Source of the DNA: Mizuhopecten yessoensis
Lineage: Eukaryota
Direction: 5' to 3'
Length of the DNA: 64,000 nucleotides
Assembly (NCBI RefSeq): GCF_002113885.1
Contig: NW_018407257.1
Coordinates: forward strand, 79,945 to 143,944
Numbering within the stretch: position 1 is the stretch's first letter; each line of letters starts with the position of its first letter. The notes under the pieces were generated by a model, which saw only the letters and a program-made list of their open reading frames with translations, did no database searches and was not told where the DNA came from. The position numbers and the translations under genes were made by a program. Shown here piece by piece: positions 12,804-23,657 of the stretch.

Positions 12804-13042
12804 AGAACGGTGGAGGAATTAAAACCGTTAAACAGTGTTGATGAGGATGTCAAACGAACAGTGGTTAAAGAAACCTGGACAACAAAGACCACACAAGCAA
12901 AGTCAACTGATGACCGTAAACCAGCATGGCAGCCTCAGCTTCCAGAGTTCCTCCGCCTGAACACATCCGATGTTCCTGTCATGATCATCTTCTCGTGTAT
13001 AACCATCATCACACTTTGTTTTCTGCTGGAAAGATATGTCGA
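12804..13042 (+). CDS. Chromodomain-RS-transmembrane protein, exon 4 (transmembrane helix)
   Basis: TTACAG acceptor; RTVEELKP...SDVPVMIIFSCITIITLCFLLERYV with a 19-aa hydrophobic stretch; GTAAGT donor, phase 2. Confidence 0.85.
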
Positions 13043-13244
13043 GTAAGTGGTTGCTTGTTGTAACTTGTTTATGCCCGATATAAGTAATATTTTTATCAAT
13101 ATATAATTTATAAGGTAGCACATTATTGTTTTAAGATTTGAAAAATACACTTGTTCAGGATTCTTTCAATATTAAGACCCCCCAGGACTCTTCCATCTGG
13201 GCCAACAATACTGATTTATGTAAGATGAAAGAAAAGTTATTTAA

Positions 13245-14497
13245 CCCTTTGCCACATGCAAGCGCCTCTGGACGCCTTTACCCCTTGCCACATGTAAGCG
13301 CTTCCTGACGCCTCTACATTATCTCAATGTAAGCGCTTCTCGACGCCGCTACGTTATCTCAATGTAAGCGCCTCTCGACGCCATGTCGTTTCGGTAAACT
13401 TAGACATGGAAAATTCAGTGATTGAGAGCGACACCTATCTGGAAATCACCTGTACTATTTTTAGAAGATATCAATGCATCGACCAATCAGATTTGTACAC
13501 GTCATTCCTACGAATAGTTTTGAATAAATTAACCTAGAAACTGCGAGTCATGAGTGTAGAAAAGTGTCACAACAGCGAGCCGTGATGGCGACTGTCACAA
13601 CTATGTTACGGGACATTTTTGAGGAGGAGGAGGATGATTAATAGTTTAATGGCTTCAGCCCTGATGAGATTGAGTCAGACATCGATCTTAACGATGTTTT
13701 TGAATGAACTGTCCTCAGAAATAAGTCCGAAAATGATTATGTAAAAGATGAACAGCGACCGGGTGTACTGCCGCCATTACGGCATTAGGTAACGACGACT
13801 CTGAATGGTCTCAAGATTTTTCACCGATCAATTTTAATGATTTTGTTGGAAAAACGGGGCTAATACTTCCAGAAAAATGTTGATGTTGATACTGCAGGTC
13901 CCGTTGATTATTTCTATCTTTTTTCCAATAAAAATCAGTTCACCACCATAGCCCGAGACACACACTCGCTGGCGTTTGAAAAACGAAAATAGATTTGACC
14001 CAAAATGGTCGGATACAAATTCCGCCGCAATAAAAGCTTTTATATAGACCTAAATATACACTGTATTTAAAAACTTCTTGTGAGAATTTTGGAAATTTGA
14101 TTTGTTGTTTTATTTGGAAGTGATAATATCATTGTTGAGTCATTTCATTGAATCATAATTAAAGCAAAATGAAACATTTTAAAATGTGTCTATCCTGATA
14201 TACATACAGCTGATTTCATGGTTATGTGTTGATGTTTTTATTAGGAAAATAGCACTGAATTAAAATTTAAGAAATTCTGAACATAATTTGAACTTACTGA
14301 AAATGCTTAAAACAACTATTTCACCTTCAAAATTAAGGTTAGAAAAACAAATCAAAACAAAACTTAATTTCTCAAAAACTGCCATTGAGATGGCGTATAC
14401 ACATTTCAGTCAGTGCAGAAGTGTTGCATTGCAACAATGTATCTTGGCACTATCAGTACAGAGTGTTCATGTGTATTGGTTTGCATGTGGCAAAGGG
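13245..14497 (+). mobile_element. Internally deleted piggyBac element in intron 4 of the chromodomain gene
   Basis: TTAA|CCCTTTGCCACATGCAA ... TTGCATGTGGCAAAGGG|TTAA; decayed transposase N-terminus (EEEEDD..FNGF, GPVDYFYLF, DPKWSDT..AIKAF). Confidence 0.9.
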
Positions 14498-15500
14498 TTA
14501 ATAATTGTTGTAAAAATGAAATGTGGTTTTTTTTAATGCTATTAAATACATATATAACCACGCTTCATAATAGTCATGTTGATATCTTTATGATACCGTT
14601 TCTTTTTTGTTGATTCTATTAAAGTAAAATATATCAACCATGTTTGATGTAAAAAAAAATAAAAAAAATCTTCCGTTTCACCCAAAAACAAAATAGGGTC
14701 AAGGTAGAGGAATACTTTTTTTCTCTGTTACCTATTTATACTGGTTGTTCACATACAAATGATACTGTCATCAGTGCTTGTCTGACTTAAAACATGGTAG
14801 GTTGGCTGTTCAAGATTGGGCGCTGATTCATTGTAGGGAAAAGTGACTTTTTAACCTTTTTTTTAATTTGTTTAGAACCTAATTACTACTGCACTTGTAG
14901 ACCACATATATAACTTAGAAATAATATTGTAATCTTAAAAGTTAAATTCAATTATAAAATAAAGAATCAAAGTATGATTTTGTGAATGCTACTAAATTTG
15001 TTTCAGAAAACATTTATTTATTGCATGACTTAAACTTGTTATGAAGGCCTAACAACAAAAAATTGTCGTTTCCGATATTAAACCCAATCTACCCTAATTT
15101 TTGTGCCTACCGTAAAGCTTTTAAGTCAATTTTCAAAGAAGCACTGTTAAATTTAAGATCACTCTCCTATATAAACCATTTAAGATTATTTGTTAAAGTA
15201 AAATTTATTACCTACCTACCCTAAAAAAAAGAAATCCAATATGTTACAGGAAAACTTTTTTTTTTGTCTAGCCTTAATTACTATTACGATATTTGGCAAA
15301 CACCTCTTTTAGGGAGGCTATAGCAATGTAACTTGTAAGCCTGCCCCATAGTTTTGTTTTTATTTGTGATCTACTGTACAATAATCTATATATTTATATG
15401 TATTTAGTATTACATGGCAGGAATTAGTTTGAGATCTGTAGTAATAAACTTAAGAAATGCCAATGCTTAACACTAAGCTGAATATTTTGTGATATTGCAG

Positions 15501-15609
15501 TTTTGAAGCGGTATGGAACAGTCTGGCTGCAGGGTGTGAGGCAGTTATTGCCCAAGTTGAGAGTCTAAGATCAGGAAGTGAAAAGGTTGCGGCAGGAAAA
15601 CAAAAGTGA
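15501..15609 (+). CDS. Chromodomain-RS-transmembrane protein, exon 5 (terminal)
   Basis: TTGCAG acceptor; the phase-2 join gives DFEAVWNSLAAGCEAVIAQVESLRSGSEKVAAGKQK*. Spliced total 252 aa. Confidence 0.72.
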
Positions 15610-16885
15610 AGCCCTTAGGACTGGACGATTTTGACGTGATTATCCCTCCCAACCATAAACTGTACAGACTGAATGCAACAGGCAGCATGTTTCTCCTCCT
15701 CTTGACAAAGAGTGTACTGGACGCGTGGAAGTGCCATGGAGAGAGACAAAGTATCGTTCTCCTCCTCCTCCTCCTGACGAAGAGTGTACCGGACGTGTGG
15801 AAGTGCCACGGAGAGAGACAAAGCATTGTAAAAAGATGTTGTGACGGAATATGTAAATTACCCCTTGCTAACCATGTAAACACTGTAATATTCTTAAACA
15901 TTTTTAACCTAGTATTGTTGATTTTTTTAATGAAATGTGTTAACTATTTTACTAAGAAGTATTAGGTAAGCTACTCTTTGCAATTACAATTAATCCTCTT
16001 ACAAAAGTAATGAAAATATTGTATACCGGTCAAGTAATTTCTGTTTAATGTTTTCTTCTCTTTTTTTTTCATGTGGTAGATTCCAATGAGTTTTGTGTTT
16101 GTAACAGTTACGTATAATTGACCGTCTCATGTCTGTGGAACCTTGCAATTGTGCTTTGTGACATGTGACTGAACGACTGTTGAAAGCTATATTTTATAAA
16201 GCTGGTTGTAAAGTGGTAGTGAAATCAGGGATTTGGGTTCAGGGAGATAGCTCAATACTCCTCTACGATGGCTGGCTGGCTGGTCCACTGTAAATATTGT
16301 GCACAGCTTAATCATTGTGAAACTTTGCTTCAAGAATTGTCCTCTATATTTTAAGCTCTAACAGGTAGTAAACTTTTTAGGATTGCAATCTCTTATCAAA
16401 ACTTAAGCTTGAATGACAAAGAGCTTCTTTCCGGGAGGTCAAACAATTTACTCATTCACCCCTGAAGACACATTTGAACTCTTCCAATTCAAAGGTTGGG
16501 ATAGTTCATAATAAAACTCCAGAGGTGAATAAGTTAATGAACTGCAATATAAAATATAAAATCATGCCAATCAACATATGATGAACTGGTTATGTGATGC
16601 CTTCCAAGGTCTTGCTAGTGATTTCTTCTGAAACAGTCAGATACATATGTTTTAGACTAACCACAAGTAAACTAACAATAGGATGGTATTAAAGATATAT
16701 CCAAATAAAGCATGTTACAATAACTGCTAGGGACCAAAGTATGACATGTTTAAAGTGCTGAATGAAATCATTGGTAAACGTGTTAATGTTGTATATACAT
16801 GTGTTATCTAGTTTAGTCTATATGAGAGTAAACCAGTCTTAGTAAAAAGATTAAAACGATGTTGAAGAAAGGTATACACACATCC

Positions 16886-17311
16886 TCCAACTGACAGGTG
16901 AACTTCCTGTTCCAACTGACAGGTGAACTTCCTGTTCCAACTGACAGGTGAACTTCCTGTTCCAACTGACAGGTGAACTTCCTGTTCCAACTGACAGGTG
17001 AACTTCCTGTTCCAACTGACAGGTGAACTTCCTGTTCCAACTGACAGGTGAACTTCCTGTTCCAACTGACAGGTGAACTTCCTGTTCCAACTGACAGGTG
17101 AACTTCCTGTTCCAACTGACAGGTGAACTTCCTGTTCCAACTGTCAGGTGAACTTCCTGTTCCAACTGACAGGTGAACTTTCTGTTCCAACTGACAGGTG
17201 AACTTCCTGTTCCAACTGACAGGTGAACTTCCTGTTCCAACTGACAGGGTGAACTTTCTGTTCCAACTGACAGGTGAACTTCCTGTTCCAACTGACAGGT
17301 GAACTTCCTGT
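16886..17311. repeat. 25-bp minisatellite, about 17 copies
   Basis: TCCAACTGACAGGTGAACTTCCTGT. Confidence 0.97.
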
Positions 17312-18825
17312 TTGTTGATGATACCAAGGTCAACTTTCACCAGTTGAAGCATTCAATCTGTACAAAATGCCAAGACCAATCAAATAATTGTATTGTTGAT
17401 CCTAGTCACAAATTTCTACTTGGCCATCGAACATTTTAATTTTTAATTTTACGTGCACATGTGAAAATTGCAACATCTGATGCAGAAGATCATGTCTTGT
17501 GTCTTTTATAACCAACCATTTACAATTATTAAACAGAAAATATATTCATACAGCAATTTTGCTATCATTTGTGTAAAGCTGACATTTCATTTTATTATCA
17601 TTTTATATGTCGGTTGACTATGTACTACCCACCGTTTTGTGTAGGTCCCCACCAATCCATAGCTTTGTGTGTATCAGTCCAAGTGCAATGATATCCATGT
17701 ATTGTTCTCCCAGGAAACTTTCAGAAAGGATCAAGGTAGTTGTCTACGTTCTGTAGAGGCAGCATACAAGTAGCGTGACAAGGTTGGCTTTACATAGAAT
17801 CATGTTAGAAGAAAGAAAGGGAGCATGATACTCTCGCAAAATCAGGCAAAGAGCGAAGACAGAATGCTTAAAAAAGGAAATAAAAACATGCCTGTTTGAG
17901 ATAGTTAAATGATGTGTTGTGCAGATAGAAATGTCTCTGGAGAACTGTTTATACCTGCTTACAACAGCATGGATACCTTATTTCAACATAATCTCACCAT
18001 TTACCTTTTTGAAGTATATTTTCTTAAACACTTCAGTAGTAATGCCTTGCATGGGCTCATTGAATTGTCATATATGTAATTTTTTATTGACAGATTTTCA
18101 TGCACGTTTAAATGATGTTTCTTGTTTCTTGATGAAAACTTAATGGAGTGATTACAGGTCTCGCACGCAGCTGTTTTATTAGAATCCGCAAAATTTTAAT
18201 GCGGAAGTTGTTGGAAAACTGACAAAATGGTGGAAGTATCAACATGTGGTGTTAAGTGTACGACTGTGTGTTACCTGTTTGTGTGTTTATATCATTACAA
18301 AGGGAAGATGCTCTTATGCAATAACATTCATTATTATGTGACGGCAGGCAGCAGTGTGATGACCACTCATTTGTGGTCGTCACAAAAAAAAAATCTTCTT
18401 TTAGTTTTTTTGGTTCAGATATTTGGTAGTTAATACATGTGATGAAGAATCTCAAATTGCGTAATTATAAATCTCAGTGAAATTTTTCCAACTGATCTTG
18501 CATAAAATTATTTTGAGATCCTCAATTCATAGAGGATATACGTATATGATACAATCATTGCTTCTCTTCGGCTAATCCATGACTAGTCTTCACATGTCAC
18601 ATGTTCAACCATTCCAAATTTGTTAGGATCAGGATAAAATATTGGAGGTAAAATTTCAGGTAAATCATGTTCTGCTGTAAATTTGTATCATCTGTTTGAA
18701 AGTGTACCATGTATGATATATATTTTTACCTTTTTCCCGAAAGATTGGAAAACTTTTACAGCAAATGTTTTAAAACAAAACTTCGCAATAAAATACAGAC
18801 TGAAAATAAAAGTATTTTTTGTTGT

Positions 18826-19222
18826 TTTTTGCTCGCTGGCTCGAATGGCAAGTGAGCTTATGTCATGGTGCAGTGTCCGCTAACTTTTCCTTTAACGAAC
18901 TTCTTCTGAAGAACGGACAGCCCTAGAGTCATGATATTTGGCTGAAAGCTTCATTTTTAGAAGCCTGACAAAGTTTGAGAACGAAAATGACCTTGACCTA
19001 CGATCAAGGTCATATGGGTCAAATGTGTCATACACTTCAAACGACTTCTGAAGAACTGAAAGGTATAGAATCTTTAAATTTGGCTGGTGGCTACCTGGGC
19101 TAGAGCCCATCAAAGTTTGAGAATGAAAATGACCTTGACCTCCTTTCAAGGTCGCAGGGGTCAAATTTGTCAATCACTTCAAATGACTTCTTCTGCAGAA
19201 CTGAAAGGTATAGAATCTTCAT
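18826..19222 (-). mobile_element. HINE-type fragment
   Basis: GCTCGCTGGC..GCAAGTGAGC palindrome and a duplicated AAAATGACCTTGACCT core. Related core at 20490-20725 (opposite orientation) and at 1-70. Confidence 0.6.
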
Positions 19223-20019
19223 AAGTCTCACCTAAAGATTATATAGAATTTAACAGACCCTATTTTCACAAATGTTACTTACCGGAGTAAGGAAGGCAGA
19301 AAGCAAATTGAGACCAAGAGGCATTGTTCCTACAAAAGGCATCCCCGGACAAGAACTTGGAATATGACAGTTGGTAAGAGGAACACAAAACGGATAGTGT
19401 ATATTGGTAAGAAAGGGAAGTATGTACTCCGATATCTTTATGCTAAAGCCATCTTAGGAACCAGTGACTTCTAGGATCTATTAGCACTACCTGCGATTTA
19501 GCAGACTGAAGGAAGAGACTTGGCAGAACGACTCTGAACCAACTTTGACATCTTGGGACATGAGCAAGGCGACACACCACAAAGCACTGGGACAAAGACT
19601 GGTCTAACCAGACAAAGGCGACATTATAAAGGGGGACCCACGCTTTTTCAGTTCAAGGACTTAAAAACTCCATGTTTTGAAGACACACTCGAACCTACGC
19701 GCAACAACGTTAACAGATTTCAAGGAAATGCGGATACAATATAAAAACCTGTAATAAGGACACAAAATCAATGAAATTATGACAGGATATCATGGCATGA
19801 ACATCATGGAACAAATACAAAGTAAGTAAGACCATGTATTCCGGAAGGCCATGCGTCTATTGCTTCATCGACAACACTTGTCATACCTATCTATGTCAAG
19901 TCCTCAACGGCAGAACCGTGACAGTGACAGCGAAACAACAATGATATAGAATATTTCATCATGGCGCCCGTTAATTCGCATCTAGTTCATTATCAATTCT
20001 ACATTTGTCAAGGAGCAGG

Positions 20020-20180
20020 AATATAAAATCTTTGTCAGATCATCCCTAGAATATGCCTGCTCAGTTTTGGACCCTTATACTAAAACAGACATAAGCAAAA
20101 TAGAAATGGTGCAGCGTAGAGCAGCCAGATTAGTCACCAACAAATTTAGAAACACCTCCAGTGTTGGTGACATGCTTTAA
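20020..20180 (+). mobile_element. CR1/L2-type LINE fragment
   Basis: LEYACSVLDPYTKTDISKIEMVQRRAARLVTNKFRNTSSVGDML. Confidence 0.8.
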
Positions 20181-20269
20181 CATATGACATCGCTATCTTT
20201 TATCTTTTCTTCTCTTGGCCTAGCAACCACTATCACATGACATGATCTTCAAATAGATGAAGGTGGTCA

Positions 20270-20460
20270 TTACGATGTAGATGTAGATAGCTGTGTCGGC
20301 CAGAAGATGGGCAAGGTTTGTTCTCGTGAAAATGTCTACAGTTTGCTGGAAAATCTTGCCATCGAACACAACAAAGGTATAGTCAACCAGGAACCAAACC
20401 ATTCTCACGATAGTTCCAAAACAGTTTACAACTAGACGTTTCTGTTCGCCTTTTTTGGAA
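20270..20460 (-). mobile_element. Penelope-like reverse transcriptase fragment
   Basis: FLVDYTFVVFDGKIFQQTVDIFTRTNLAHLLAD is a decayed form of F-x-Q-x-x-G-I-P-M-G-T-N-x-A-P-L-L-A-D. Confidence 0.7.
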
Positions 20461-21086
20461 AAAGTGCTGAGTTTCACAGTAATGCCGTTGAACGAAGGCT
20501 TCTTTTACACATTTGACCCCTTGAAAGTAGGTCAATGTCATTTTCGTTCTCAACCCTTTTCTGGCTCTTACCAAAGAAGCTTTCTGCCAAATATCATGAC
20601 TCTTGGACTGTCCATGCTTCAGAAGAAGTCGTTTAAATGAAAAGTTGACGGACGACGCCGTACGGACGACAGACAGCAGACGCTGCGCATGACAGGTTTC
20701 GTGAAGGTGGCCTAACTGATGCATGACCGTACATTCTTATCATAAACTGATAGTTAGAAACATTGTAACTTAGCTTGTATATTCTATGTCTCCTTCCGAT
20801 TTGACAGTTTCCTTGAACATTTATCATGCAGGACGTCAATTTTGGCGTCGACATTAGAATCAATACATGCGCACATTTATTTTGGTTTCAATTCTAATTT
20901 CAAACTGATTTTTTTTTCAGTTCATTGAATGGCGGACCCGATATGGATTTAACCAACTCTGATCTGAAGTGAATCTGATCCAGCATACTCTCGTATTGTC
21001 TATAGTCTGAAGTATTTCTCCATCGAAACCATCAGTATATCTTGAGTGGTTGTGACGTATTCGATCCTAACCCCAAGTTATACGTA

Positions 21087-21276
21087 TATTCCGTCTTTGC
21101 ATATTGCAGAGTTATCTGCACTTGTGAGCAGGTATTGATTGTTACGTCATTGGTTTGTGAGAGTAAAGGCATCAATTTTTGAGAAAACGACGTAATTTTC
21201 TCACACAAACCAATGACGAAACAATCAATACCGGCTCCCAAGAGAAGATAACTCTGCAATACGCAAAGACGGAATA
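21087..21276. mobile_element. Foldback MITE with ~75-bp arms
   Basis: TATTCCGTCTTTGC..GCAGAGTTATCT..ATTGATTGTT..CATTGGTTTGTG and its reverse complement. Confidence 0.7.
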
Positions 21277-22287
21277 CAAACAAAAACGTATCGGTGAAGG
21301 TCCAAATTGGCACCCGGCCCTCCTTTCTATTCCAAGTGATATCAGGGGCCTTTTCGTTTTTTAAATGTAACATTTTCGGGTATAAATCCTGGCGGAAATG
21401 CAAACGTTTCTGCAGGCCTTGTAAGTCTTTGTCAAGGCTCGTCTGAAAGCAGCATCAAATTACTAAGTCATAAACGAACAACTCTGGTCCAACTGTTTCA
21501 ACCGTTTGGACCGCGATAAACGAAAATGGCCCAGTCTCTTAATTGATACTTTAATTGGACCGTAGCCTTACATTATGGATCAAGCATTTAGTTTGTTTGA
21601 TAAAGGTTATCTAAACTCAGCTGTTACAGCGCGTGCTTGTGGTTTAAAAGCTTAGATTGAAGAACTGGGTTTGAATATAATATTTTGTAGCCGAAGTACG
21701 GTAGTATGTTAGCTTCGCCAAACTTATATGTGTTGTAGGATATAACATTTTTCACATTTACTTATTGAGTGTCCAGTGTTTTCCTTTACACGCGATGCTT
21801 TCCTCGATAAGGTTGTAAATGTCAGAGATTATGTAACGTTTTCATTTCGTGAGGACAATTACCAAACGGATTTTCTAATGGGAAGTCGTGCGCGCGTCCA
21901 ATTGCCTGATGACGGGTGGGAGAGTTTGATGCTGGTTGTTGCGGACGGAATTCAGTTGCTGCTCTCCGACATGAACTCAAGACTTTTAAAAATTGCAAGT
22001 GAATGAGACTTGATATGATTAAAACTGATTATTCCTATAATTATCATTTGTATTGTTTGGTGTTATTTTGAAATCTCTATCCAGAAGAAATAAAGAATCT
22101 GTCTGTCTATTCTGTCTGTCTGAAGGATATTACTTGTGTTGACGACATCAATTTCCTTGTTTGCATATTCGACTTTCAAGAAATTTCGAGGTCCTGAGCT
22201 TACGCAGTGGTCGACTTATTCCGAAATAAATACATTATTACCCCCATTTAAACATTTTTGATGGGCGGAGATAGGCAGTTATTCTGG

Positions 22288-22421
22288 TGTAGCGGAACAG
22301 GACTGGGTCGATCGTTGGCGACCAGGTAGCTCAATTGGTAGAGCATCCGTCTAGAGTTCTGAGGCTCACGGGTTCAAACCCCGGTCTGGCAGTGGCCATG
22401 CATTTTTCCTCTCCTGTTACA
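22288..22421 (+). mobile_element. Solo LTR containing a tRNA-like Pol III cassette (Ajax-like)
   Basis: TGTA...TACA termini; 4-bp TSD CTGG (22284-22287 and 22422-22425); A box GTAGCTCAATTGGTAGAGC and B box GGTTCAAACCC. Degenerate - strand copy at about 24541-24645. Confidence 0.7.
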
Positions 22422-23639
22422 CTGGATTTACGGTGGTTCAACGTTATCCGTACGAATTAAGTCAGTGCATGGCTTTAAAAAAGGTCGAATTTATGCCAAT
22501 GCATCACCAATCATTTAAAATTTCAAAACTAGTCTCCAAAGGCTAGTAACGGTAACAGTTTTAGTTTAATCCATAATTCCGATATCAAATTTTATATGGT
22601 GGCTGATCATAGTACCCTTTTGATGATTTTATTTTTTCGCGAAACGCGGCGCGTTCTATCGATCGTATATATAGAGCGCCATTTGTGGCTTTTGTTTTTC
22701 AAATTTGAGATCTATGTAGTACTGTATCTGTGATGTCGCACTATACCGTTTCCCGAGATTGATTTTTTTTTTATATATAAAGTATGGTAACGTGAAGCAA
22801 AAGTGAAAGTGTAAAAAACTGCCTTTTCACATTTTGTGTAATTATATATTGTTGAAGGGAGGTCTATAATTATGTTGTTATAAGATATGCCCGATCCTAT
22901 TGCTTATTTTTTTAAATGCAATAAGATATGTTAAACTAAACTGAAAATTGTTTCAATTGCTTTTACAAAAACTATGAACTTTATCAATGTTAATTTGAAT
23001 TAGATGTATACCGTGCCATATTTGTATTGTCGGCATCATACATTTGAAAATAAAGCTATTCCGTTTTGTGTACCATNAAGATATCGACGACTTTATCATA
23101 CAGAACGTCCGATATTTCACAGACGTTGTTCTATAATTTCCCGTAAATTGGTTCAGCCCCAGAAATTACATAGCTATTTTTTCAGTAAAGTGTATATATA
23201 TATACCTATATTATTTCATCAGACTAATTAGGTAACCGAAAACTTTGCGCAGAGCTTACAAAATATGTAGTACCTTTTGGCTATTAATCGGTCTTGTTAT
23301 TTATGACAGAGGTCTATTTAAACGTTGCTTGACTGATGCAATAATCGGTCAAATATAAAATTGTAAATAGAAGCCTTCATGCCTACAGGGAAAACTAAAT
23401 ATAGATCTTCTCGCAGTTTTATGTGATATATATATATCTACATTTGTTCCAAACACAGAGTTACCTCCCTGCATTATGTCGACCTTGACCGACAATCTGA
23501 AATCATCTGATGCAAGCGGCTTGTTCTTCGTAATATCAGAAGTGTTAAATTCGTGTTATATAAGGGAAAAGAAGAGTATACAAGTCACTCTACAATTTAA
23601 TTGTATCAAGGAAGTTTTGTGGTTCAATTTAAAGAAAAA

Positions 23640-23657
23640 ATGGCAGAGGATGAATCG
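23640..23657 (+). CDS. EIF2S2: Translation initiation factor eIF2 beta, exon 1
   Basis: AAAATGG, MAEDES, GTAAGA donor; the phase-0 join to FMLDLKKK resembles the short acidic N-terminus of eIF2-beta. Confidence 0.75.

Noticed and set aside
15597-15609. C-terminal di-lysine ER-retrieval signal in GKQK
   Set aside because: Lys is at -3 and -1, not -3/-4 or -3/-5, and the predicted topology places this tail in the lumen.
16808-17352. Three overlapping repeat ORFs
   Set aside because: Produced by the 25-bp minisatellite.
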